NCBI GenBank assembly: GCA_951406725.2 | Contig: OX597834.1 | Span: 39,556,001-39,620,000, forward strand | Length of the DNA: 64,000 nucleotides | DNA from: Octopus vulgaris | Lineage: Eukaryota | Direction: 5' to 3' | Shown here: positions 1-10,893 of the stretch, in pieces | How positions within the stretch are numbered: the first letter of the stretch is position 1 | Layout of the letters: every line of letters starts with the position of its first letter | Program-made: the position numbers and the translations under genes | The notes under the pieces: generated by a model | What the model was told of the DNA's origin: nothing | What the model saw: only the letters and a program-made list of their open reading frames with translations | Databases searched by the model: none

Positions 1-56
1 ACACATACATACACACACACACACATACATACATACACACATACATACATACACAC

Positions 57-91
<35 letters not shown>

Positions 92-130
92 CATACATAC
101 ATACATACACATACATACATACATACATAC

Positions 131-167
<37 letters not shown>

Positions 168-213
168 TACATACATACATACATACACACATACATACAT
201 ACATACACACATA
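1..213. repeat. (ACAT)n/(AC)n compound microsatellite
   Basis: Directly visible; truncated by window start. Confidence 0.97.
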
Positions 214-519
214 CTAGCGTAGTTAGTGTGTGCCGCTCAGGGTGGCCCTTCTGTTTGCCGCCCCCAGACCCAACAAAAATCACATATTGCCTACAGCAGA
301 CCCATAAGTGTCGCCCGAGGCAGGCCGGCCCTACTGCTCCCCAGCTACACTAGTGTACATATATTGTCAGTAAATCATAAATCCGAAAGAGAAGCACATT
401 CTAAATTATAGAGCAGTTGAGTATTTAGAGAAGGTCAGTTATGGCCAGTTGATAGGGTTACCCAGAGCTTCGTATTCATAAAGCGATTAGCTGTACATTC
501 GTCCCGTCAGACATAATGG

Positions 520-804
520 AGGAAAAGGTTCATGGGCCTGGTTTCCCGGTTTCTGTGGCGTATGTGTTCCCCACAGCTGGACGGAACACCAGTCCATCGC
601 AACGTTACTCAAGAAACAGGAGGAAAGAGTGAGAGAAAGTTGGGACGAAAGAGTACAACAGGGGTCACCACCACCCACTGCCAGAGTCTCGTGGAGCTTT
701 AGGTGTTTTCGCTCAATAAACACTCAGAACGCCCGGTCTGGGAATCGAAACCGCGATCCTCTGACCGCAACTCTGCTGCCCTAACCACTGGGCCATTGCG
801 CCTC

Positions 805-806
<2 letters not shown>
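520..806 (-). mobile_element. tRNA-derived SINE, near full length
   Basis: Minus strand starts ggaggcgcaaTGGCCCAGTGGttagggc...GGTTTCGATTCC (Pol III A and B boxes). Its 3' body (gcgatggactgg..tacgccacagaaacc) recurs on + at ~41867-41950. Confidence 0.75.
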
Positions 807-843
<37 letters not shown>

Positions 844-849
844 GATGGA

Positions 850-1475
850 TGAGGAGAGCTGTGTGCAGAAGCATGACAGCCTAACAGTGGAGCGAACCTA
901 TGGTAGAGGTACACCCAGGAAGGCATGGTATGAGGTAGTGAAGCACAGAGGCAATGACAAAGACCTTTACAGATATGTTGTGCTTGAGAAGACCCAGCAG
1001 GCCAGGTGAGATCGTAGTCATGGCCAATGCCAGTGTCGTATAATTGACCCATTTAAAAGCACTCTTCAATGGTTGGGTGATATCCCATACTTGTGAAGAC
1101 CTGGTGAACCAAGTGAAATCAATCATGGCCAATGCCAGTGTCACCTGACTGACACCCATGCCGGTGGCACATGAAGGTCACCATTCGAGCGTGACTGATG
1201 CCAGTGCTGTCTGACTGGCACCCATACCAGTGGTATGTAAAAAAAACACCATTCAAGTGTGGCTGATGTCAGTTCTGCCTTATTTGCTCCCGTGCTTGTG
1301 GCATGTAAAAAACCCTCGCTACACTCTGAGTGGTTGGTGTTAGGAAGGGTATCCAGCTGTAGAAACCTTGCCAGATCAAATTGGAGCCTGGTGCAGTCTC
1401 CTGGCTTGCCAGTCCTCAGTCAAACCATCTAACCCATGCCAGCATGGAAAGCGGAAGTTAAACCTCAATGATGAT
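850..1475 (+). mobile_element. Retroposon (SINE or LINE 3' end) family ending in (GAT)n; long copy
   Basis: The 3' segment gagtggttgg..ttaggaagggcatccagctgtagaaacc...aacccatgccagcatggaaagcggacgttaaacgatgatg recurs at ~31990-32180, 32497-32648, 48495-48875 and 54410-54595 (+), and at ~30035-30220, 43610-43780, 46385-46530 and 58730-58880 (-). Confidence 0.7.
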
Positions 1476-1647
1476 ATTTCACTTCGGCTTTGCAATAATA
1501 ATGATAATCTGGTGTAGAACTCAATATACTTATGCTTCTGAATGAAGTGTTGGCTGAGTATTCCACAGGCACTTAGCTATGAATCCACCACATCTTATAG
1601 TGATGATTGATTATTCCTTTGTTGTCCCTTATATATATATATATTTG

Positions 1648-2008
1648 AGTGGCTGTGTGGTAAGAAGCTTGCTTCCCAACCACATGGTTCTAGGTTCAGT
1701 CCCACTGTGTGGCACTTTGAGCAAGTGTCTTCTATAGCTTCGGGTCGACCAAAGCCTTGTGAGTAAATTTGTTAGATGGAAACTGAAAGAAGCCCATTGC
1801 ATATATATATATATTATGTATTTGTGTGTCTGTGTATGTCCCCCCACCATCACTTGACAACCGGTGTTGGTGTGTTTACGTCCCCTGTAACTTAGCAGTT
1901 CAGCCAAAGAGACCAACAGAATGAGTAAAAGGCTTCCAAAGAATAAGTCTTGGGGTCAATTTGTTCAACTAAAGGCAGTGCTCCAGCATGGCTGCAGTCA
2001 AGTAAAAG
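1648..2008 (+). mobile_element. SINE family A (tRNA-like head, internal TA/TG microsatellite)
   Basis: ggctgtgtggtaagaagcttgc...GGTTCAGTCCC...ggcaagtgtcttc...ctgaaagaagccc-(TA/TG)n-...ctccagcatggc..cagtcaa; more than 15 copies in the window. Confidence 0.85.
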
Positions 2009-2024
2009 AAGAATAATATATATA

Positions 2025-2225
2025 TTCAAAATGTGACCACGTATGTACTGTTGGTGATTTTGTTTTCTTCCGTCTTCCCTTCTTTGGATCTTTCCTTTTC
2101 CTATGTCTCTGACGAAGAGCTCCACTCGAAACGGTAAATCCTCCTTCTTTCTTTCCTGAGCGTCCAATAACACTATACTTGTTCCATGTCCTCGCGTTGT
2201 TGTGTTTTCATGTTTGGATTAACTA
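2025..2225 (+). mobile_element. ~200-bp (TA)n-flanked element with a hammerhead-like motif (Penelope-like remnant)
   Basis: Colinear with 62505-62710; contains CTGACGA-a-gagctccactc-GAAA at 2109-2131. Confidence 0.65.
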
Positions 2226-2283
2226 TATATATATAAACACACACATATATTAGATGCAAATATACATACAGACACACACACAT

Positions 2284-2655
2284 TATTACCTCCACCTTAG
2301 CAAAGGTAGAGGTATTGTTTTCAGTCATGCTTGTTTATTTGTCCGTGGATAAAATATTTCAAAAACCACTGGATGGATTCAGATGAAATTTTCAGGGACG
2401 TTTGGCCTCATGACTGGCACAAACTGATTAGATTTTGGGATCAATATTATACCAGACAAGAATTCTGGACTATTTTCCTATTTTTCTTTTTTCTTAATTT
2501 TTGAGAGCAGTCGGGTTCATTTTTAGTATTCTCATTTGTGAGGGCAGTCAATTTTATTTCAGATATTCTCATTCAAAAAATCCCCTCTGGCTAAATGTTG
2601 AGAGGACATTGGTGTTGCCTTGGCAGAGGTTTGCAGTCTCTGAGTGGTCTTGTTA
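2284..2655 (+). mobile_element. Helentron-associated (HINE/DINE-1-like) non-autonomous element, degenerate
   Basis: Starts ttattacctccacc...ggtagaggt (subterminal IR plus palindrome) and ends ccttggcagaggtttgcagtctctgagtg (matching subterminal IR plus short hairpin), a layout typical of HINEs. Confidence 0.55.
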
Positions 2656-4116
2656 ATGTTTTTTTTATAATCAGTTGTAGGGTAACCCATCAGGTTAATG
2701 TAAAATTCTTTTTATTATATTTTGAGGGAGTACAAAATTATTATTTTTAAAAAAGAACACTATTGAAGGGGACTTCAAAATTTCAGCCCTTTATTCCCTT
2801 TGTTGGACAATGGCTTAACTGACCAAGTCACCATCAGTAATGTTCTTCTTTAGAATATGTGTATATGTCTGTAGTTTTTTTATCATAGTTTAACAAAAAT
2901 GGTGACAGTTAACTTTGAAGTTTTGATCAGCTAGCTTTCATCAAACACCCCAATGATGGCTAGCAGGCCAAAACTTCGAAGTCACTGTCAACCCCTATTC
3001 TTATAAAACAAATATAATAAATGTCATCCACAAAAAGTATTGAGGATTCTTTCAGTTTAATGTAAAATTGTTTTTATTATAACTCGATAAAAAAACAAGC
3101 ATTAAGGTGTGTGTGTGTGTGTGTGTGTGTGTGTCTACACACTTGTGACTGTTGTTTGTCTTCCACCACTGCTTGATAGTTGGTGTTTGTTTATTTATGT
3201 CCCCCGTAACTTAGCAGTTCAGCTAAAGAGACCGACCAGTACAATAAGTATTCAACTTAAACACCACACATTTGAAAACAAACTCACAGCACCATACTTA
3301 TATTTTTGTCTCCCACCACTGCCTGACAAGTGGTGTCGGTTTATTTATGTCCCCTGTAAATAGCAGTTCAGTAAAAGTGACTGATGCAATAAATGCCAGA
3401 CTTAAAAAATATAAGTACAGTGGCGGTGGGAGGAGGGGGGATTTGTTTGACTAAAACCCTTCAAGGTGGTGCCCCAGCATGGACGCAATCCAATGAGTGA
3501 AACAAGCAAATGACTAAAAGATAAATGAAACACCACCAGGCATTTTACCCACCCAGCTAATGATTCTGTCACCTCGCCACCTTATTAATAATAATAATAA
3601 TAATAATACAAGTAAAAGGATTCTTCACCCCCTCATACATAAAGACCCCGAATGTGACTGTATGAGACCCTTAATTAATTCACTGGGCTATATGTAGTAG
3701 TAGTATTAATAGGGGGTCCCTGCTTGAGGACTAACATGTCTTCATGCAACTGTACCAAGCCAGTACTTGGAAGTGGTGGAGCTCATCTTTTCCAAGCGAC
3801 CTTCACAAGGTTTGAACCTAGAACTGCAAGCTATGAGGCACACAAACACAATGTGCAACATATGGTCCCCAGTTATACACTGATCTCTCTTTTGTTCCTA
3901 TTTACAGCCTGACGGACTGAGCCATTCGAGTGCAAAGTGTCTCAGTTCATGGATTTAATTGCAATGTTGTTAACAAGATTACAAATCCCTTGCTGTAGAT
4001 TTCAATTCCGTCAGCTTTGCTCCCTCAGGATCAGCATCTAATGATGTTGACACGATTAACTGCTTGGATAACGAAGGATGGTACCAACCAAAAAAAAAAA
4101 ATAATAAATAAATAAA

Positions 4117-4508
4117 GGTGCAGGAGTGGCTGTGTGGTAAGTAGCTTGCTAAACAACCACATGGTTCTGGGTTCAATCCTACTGCGTGGCATCTTGGGCA
4201 AGTGTCTTCTGCTATAGCCCCGGGCCGACCAATGCCTTGTGAGTAGATTTGGTAGACGGAAACTCAAAGAAGCCTGTCGTATATAAGTATATATATATGT
4301 ATGTGTGTGTTTGTGTTTGTCCCCCTAGCATTGCTTGACAACCGACGCTGGTGTGTTTACGTCCCCGTCACTTAGCGGTTCGGCAAAAAGAGACCGATAG
4401 AATAAGTACTGGGCTTACAAAAAGAATAAGTCCTGGGGTCAAGTTGCTCGACTAAAGGCGGTGCTTCAGCATGGCCGCAGTCAAATGACTGAAACAAGTA
4501 AAAGAGTA
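4117..4508 (+). mobile_element. SINE family A, full-length young copy
   Basis: Complete head-to-tail match to the other family A copies. Confidence 0.88.
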
Positions 4509-4883
4509 AATAAACAAAAATGATAGAAATAATAAAAAATAAATATAAAGATAAATTAAAGTTTACTTTATTTTTCTTTCAGTGGATCTCTTGTACCAAA
4601 TTTTAAGTCAACAAACGTATAAAATTTGTATTATAGTCAATAAAAAAAAAATAAAATAAAATTAACAATTGTTTAAATAATTCAAAGGTATTTTAAATAT
4701 ATTTAAGTGTATGTGTGTGGGTGTGTGTGTGTGTGTGTGTTGGAAAAAAATATGATAAACACAAGATACCATTTTATACCATTTGTTCCAGAAGCACATT
4801 TCTCTATTGTGGCTATTTGCATCTTCTGCAGTGGGTGCACATAACACAAATCCACAACGGTTCTTGAGGGGAACATTTTATTG

Positions 4884-4935
<52 letters not shown>

Positions 4936-5596
4936 GCTAATATTGAGCATTAGTGGATAAGCTTTCTTTACTTGTGAGTTAACCAGGCTAGCAACGGTTT
5001 CATTTAAAGAGGAATGTCTTAACAGTTATCAAGCCTGCCACATGGAAAAGCTCGTACTTATCTCCATTTTGTATTTTCATCCACATTTGAGACAAGTACC
5101 AACATTCGTTAGTGGCAGGCTAGAAAAGTGTTGATTCCTCCAACATGAAACCATTGGTAGCCTTATTATTCCCGCAAATAAAGCATAAACACACACACAC
5201 ACATGGTTTCTGAGTGTATAGACATAAAAACATGTGAAGTATGGTTTCTTTTTTTTTTTGTCACAATCCCCAGGGCCATTGGTAACACGACTGATGTGTT
5301 AAAGCAACAAGACAGACTTTCCTATCTCCTGGATAGGAACTTGCACTTTCTCAAACAAAACTTCCCCAGTCAAACTTAGGTAGTAGCTCAGCTCTGTAGT
5401 AAATCGAGGTTTTGTTTGTGGTTGGGTATGGATGGATTCCCACCCCATGAACAAAACCATTTCTCAGAAGTATTAACCACTGACCCATTTTTCTTTCACT
5501 CTCACACACACACACACACACAAACATCCATCATGTATTGTTTACAGTTTTGCAAGCATGGTCATACTGGAGTGTTATCAACATAGACAATATATA

Positions 5597-5759
5597 CTGT
5601 ATTTTAACGTGTATAAGGAACCCCTTTTTTGTCAAAAATTAGGTTAAAAAAATATGGGAGTTTCTTATATATGGATAGAATTATAATTCCTTATAAAACC
5701 TTTCTTCCACATTTTAAGTCCCCCAAATTAGGGGGTTCCTTACACACGTTAAAATACGG
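5597..5759. mobile_element. Tc1/mariner/pogo-type MITE, TA-flanked
   Basis: ~28-bp TIRs ctgtattttaacgtgtataaggaacccc / ggggttccttacacacgttaaaatacgg, each flanked by TA. Confidence 0.75.
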
Positions 5760-5861
5760 TATGTTTATAGATGAAAACCAACAAACCAATTTGTGTTCAA
5801 CACACACTTGTAGGGGAGAAACATGTATGCATACACACAAACACACACACATATATTTATG

Positions 5862-5898
<37 letters not shown>

Positions 5899-5980
5899 TA
5901 TATTAATAGTAATGGTATGACAACAAAAGAATGAATGAGACCTCAGTATTATGTAAATAGAGGAATTAATCCATAATACA

Positions 5981-6190
5981 ATATGTGACAATTATTTGGT
6001 TGCCATAACAGAATTCCAAGTTTCGGATGTCAGGGCAGAAATTTGCTCCGTCATCTCGTCAGTTATTAAGACAATTAAAAAAATGCATTTTTTTAATTGT
6101 CTTAATAACTGACGAGATGACGGAGCAGATTTCTGCCCCAACATCCGAAACTCAGAATTCTATTATGGCAACCGAATAATTGTCACATAT
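5981..6190. repeat. Fold-back palindrome, ~105-bp arms, no spacer
   Basis: Centred on aaaatg|catttt at 6085/6086; arms are reverse complements with a few mismatches; lies between (TA)n tracts. Confidence 0.92.
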
Positions 6191-6210
6191 ATTACAGATA
6201 TATATACATA

Positions 6211-6263
<53 letters not shown>

Positions 6264-6902
6264 TTATGTATGTACATAGCCATTAGGATGTAGATGCCTT
6301 CTGTGTTGACTTCATGAAACCATGGCATAGTTTTAAAACAAGCACACATCTTTCACATTGTGTGTGTGTGTGTGTGTTTATATGTGTATGTAATATACAC
6401 TTACAGGACTAAATAAAAAAAGAGGGAGAACAGTTTCAGGATGAATCTCAACCAAATCTGTTTTCGTGTTAAGAATTTTATTACAATTAAAAAGGATTGT
6501 CAATATTATTATTATCATTATTATTAAGACTTTTTTTTTTACACAAAAAAGCGAGAAAAAAAAAACAATCTTAGCAAGTCAATATTTCTAAACTCAAATG
6601 ATGTTAAGGAGGATAGTGGTGGAGGTAACAATGTTGGTGGTGGTGGTGTTGGTGGTAGTGGCTGAGTGTCCCTTATTCCATTTATAAATTTTTGTCAACC
6701 ACAGATAAACCAATGCTAGTGTACTTTATATTTTCCTTAATTTATTATTTTTATTATTATTAATGTAGAGAAACGGTATATTTTAGAATTAAAAGATTGT
6801 ATTTAAAATCCTCTATGAATTGTTAAGTACCAGTGATGTACTGGAGAATGATGTAACCAACTGTATTATCTCTATATTAGTACAAGGCCAGAAATATACA
6901 AA

Positions 6903-7775
6903 GCTGTTTGGCGTTTCTAGAGCACTGATGAGTCAGGAGTCCAGAAACAGCCTGTCACTTAATGAAAAATCAGCTTATGAACATAGTTATTTCTAAGGTT
7001 ATGTGTATTGCTGCCTGCCAACTCATACAGAACTGACAGAGGTAGTGTCAGCAGTGCTGTTGTATCATTGAAGACTGGTCTTTGGATTGCCTTGTGCCAA
7101 AGTTTCGTCAGTAACATATTAAATACCTTTCGAGACTTTTTTTAAAAGTTGCATGGAAGGGATATGCCTAATCTGTGGTTATGGGAGGATAGAAAAACTG
7201 CTTGAATGAGGAGGTAGGTTACAGACAGCCTGTTACACCAGAAGATTCAGGTTCAAGCTCTATTTAGTTGTAGAAGGTAGCTTTTTATCTAAAAAGAATA
7301 TTATCAAGTTGGTGAAATAACTGATTATCTAGATTTTTCACAAATCCATGTTTGATATAGTCGCATTTAAACCCAACAATGGAACTTTAATTCCATTAGT
7401 ATATTTTATAGTGCTGAGCAAGCAATCCCTCTGCACTTTCAAAGAAATGGAGAGGGCTTGTCTGGAACACAGCAATTTACTTCTCCTCATAGAACAGCAA
7501 AATTCACCCAGGTTTGCTCTATACTCAGCAGCACAGCACACTCTCATCTATCCATTCACCCATTTAATTCCACAAAGAAACCTCTCAACAAATTTCCATT
7601 ACTGTCTTTGGAACTTTGAAAATGTAGCTGACAGGTTTCTAAAGCACTGATGAAGCCAGGAGTCCAGAAACAGCCTGTCACTTAATGAAAATCCAATGTT
7701 AGAAATAACTCTTTTGTTCATAGACTACCTATACAACCATATGTCTATTCATACAGAACTGACAGAGGGTAGTGC
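6903..7775 (+). repeat. Two ~145-bp direct repeats ~724 bp apart, each with a hammerhead-like motif
   Basis: gtttcta.agcaCTGATGA...ggagtccaGAAAcagcctgtcacttaatgaaaa...tcatacagaactgacagagg at ~6903-7050 and ~7627-7775. Confidence 0.8.
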
Positions 7776-7858
7776 ATAGGGGATAAGGTTACCCAAGTAC
7801 AATAGCTACAAAATAACATTGTGATATATATTAAACAGTGTGTATGTGTAAATGTGTC

Positions 7859-7892
<34 letters not shown>

Positions 7893-10648
7893 AATATATT
7901 GTGATGTATAGAGAGCCCTATACTAAATAGTGTGTCATATCTTTTACTTGCTTCAGTCAGTGGGTCACAGCCACACTATGACACCACCCTGAAAAGTCCT
8001 GGTCAAACAAGTCAACCTCAATACTTAAGTCTGGTACTTATTCTATCAGTGCCTTTTGCCAAACTGCTAAGTCACAAGGATGTAAATAAATCAACACTAG
8101 CTGAACAAGTCGCATGCACAGAGTTTTGGTCAACCAAATTCACTCTCAAGAAATTGGTTGGCCCAGGGCTACAGTAAAAGACATTTGCCCCAAATTTCTG
8201 CCATGCAGTGGGACTGAGCCTGAAACCATATGGTTACAAAGCAAGCTTCTTGACCAAACAACCATACCTGCACACAACTTAATGCTATGTCCAGTGATTG
8301 ATAATTTACTTCTCCACAATTGGGTCTTCAGCATGAAACCATTCGGTAACATAAATTGGCTGCCATGAGACTATATTCATTATATTACCTTTATATATAT
8401 ATATATATATATATACATACATACATACATACATATATAGACACACACAATGTATTCTAGTTTTGAAATACAGTGTCCCTGCTTCGAGCATGTAGTTATA
8501 TATATTATTTACTTTTATGTATATTTAAATAGTCGAAGCTCATTTAATGAATCAATATCTATACAAAGATGTGGACACAAATGCAAATTCTGAATTAAAG
8601 AAAGGAATTAAAATGAAAATTTTAACAGATCCTGATAAATTCCCATCTGGCACTCCCTATATTTTCTTTCTTTCTACACCCTTTCTATTTGTGTCAACAC
8701 TTTTCATATAAATAGACCAATCATGGAAGAAAAAAAAAGGGGGCAAAATTAGTCTGTTTAGTTGGGGTTTCTTTCCAGTTTTGGTCAAGCAGTCAGGACA
8801 GTCCAATTCAGTTCAAGCAGTTTGGTCAGTTTTTTCAGGTTTTTTAAAATTTTTTAGAGATCTATTTATGTAGAACCTACTGAGTTTTTAGGTCTCCCCA
8901 ACTCCTCCTTTAACACTTGGTCATTTCTCTCTCTACTTTCTCTGCCTAGTCAAATAAGGGGTGGATAAGGAGGCAAGACCTCAGCCAGCTGTGTCCACAA
9001 TTAAGCATCAATTCTTGGCAGCCAATCTTTAGCAAACTGCCATTGCTGTTGGCCATGTTTCACTTCTAACTCCATCATTGCAAATCTATACTAAAATGTT
9101 GGTTACTGATACTGAGTGACTTGGTATTGGCTCCGTCATCTCTCAACCGAAGACTCACTGATTTATGTTCCATCTCTTGACATAGCTCTGTTCTCCCTCA
9201 GCCAAAGACTCACTAGTCCTAGTCCAGTCTCTGTACAATGTCCATGGTCCGTACCTTAAGTCTTCATGGATCAAGACCAAAGTCCACAAACAGGGGAATT
9301 GTAGCTCACTGATATTAGACAGTGGTGGGCATGGGTGAAGAGTGGCTTCATTAGATTTATGTGCTGGGTTTAAATCCCTTCCATTCTTCTTTTCTTTGGG
9401 TTAAAATAGAAGACAGCAGGATCAAACTCCACTGTAGAACCACTACATGAAGACGAAAGTTTACAGTGGTGCCCACCCCTTCCTAATTTATGGAACATCC
9501 TATATCCAGAGCCAAAACGTAATTTAACCCTGTTAATTACAGTCAAACCAGAGGCAGGTTCAAATTACTAGAATTAATTTCTCAAATATTGCCAGTTATT
9601 CTTATAGTCACATGATCATATTTTTTTAGCAGAATTGATGAAGAAATGGGTTTGAGTCTTAAACAAAATCATGCCATTTTCTCTCCCTTCTCTCACCTGT
9701 CCCTCATCCAAGTTTAAGAACTACATTTAAGATTTATCTATTTTACATATATTAAGTCTGCCCACGCACATTATTAGTTTTAAGTCTCTCCGCAATATGT
9801 CAGTGTGTGTATTCATTATGAGTGACAGAATGAGTAACAGTTTATAAAAGCAACCTGTGTATTATACATAAAGCAGATAAACGCAGAAATGTGCATCTAG
9901 CAGTGGTATCACACCTGCTGGACAATTTTCATCTGCTACTGAATATTTGTGTTTTTTTTTTTAACAATATACATCTATAAGAGATGCATTCTTGAGACAA
10001 ATACTGCAGTTTATGAGGCTTTCAACAATGTATCTGCTTCAAGTATGATGTTCCCTACACACGTTTTGCCATTATGGCTATTTGCATCTTAGCAGTGGAT
10101 GTTTCGATTAAATGGAGCCACTTGAAACAGCTGTACTGCATCACCTCTTAATATCCTGTTGCTTATTCTGATTTTATTCACCTTACTTCAAACTGTGCAG
10201 ATAATACCAGACTGACTTGGTACTTCAACTTAAGTACCTAATTCAATTGAATCTCAATTATTTCTTTTTATATATATATATATATATATTTATATGTGTA
10301 TATATATATATCAGTTGAATAAAGATAAAGCATTGGCTGGTTTTCATGTTTTTTATTACGTTACTTTAACAAATTTAGCACTTTCATACATAGTGTACTT
10401 ATTAGGTTTCAACTGACAGTTGACTTCTTGACAATTTTAGTACCTCTTTACTTTTTCAACTGATATATTCTATACACATTCACACATATTAGAAACTAAT
10501 ATATATAGGGGTAGTGTGGCCGGCCATTTGAGTCTGAAAAGTTGCCCATAACTGCTAAGAGCTTTATAGGTGCAAATCCAATGATCCTACTGAGTGGCCA
10601 TAGAAACAACCATCTATATATATATAGATGGTTGTTTCTCTATATATA

Positions 10649-10893
10649 TACGGATAAGGAAATAATTTTATTTTCAAAAGCAGGATAATGCTAATAATAT
10701 AGCATGAACAGTATAAACTATCCATATTTTGCAGAAAAATCTGTAGGCGGACTCGTAATCACAGGGATGTGAGTTCAAGTCTCACGGCTGGCCACTAACA
10801 GATTTTTCTGCAAAATATGGATATTTCATCCTGTTCATGCTATATTATCAGCAATATCCTGTGTTTGAGAATAAAATTATTTCCTTATCTGTA
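10649..10893. repeat. Inverted repeat with ~95-bp arms around a tRNA-like spacer
   Basis: ggataaggaaataattttatt...tccatattttgcagaaaaatctgt / acagatttttctgcaaaatatgga...aataaaattatttccttatct. Confidence 0.85.

Noticed and set aside
700-806. Possible tRNA gene
   Set aside because: The A/B boxes run into a SINE body with no complete cloverleaf or terminator; the same applies to the other tRNA-like heads.
7348-7650. 100-aa ORF between the direct repeats
   Set aside because: No recognisable RT, GIY-YIG or other motif; its length is within chance.
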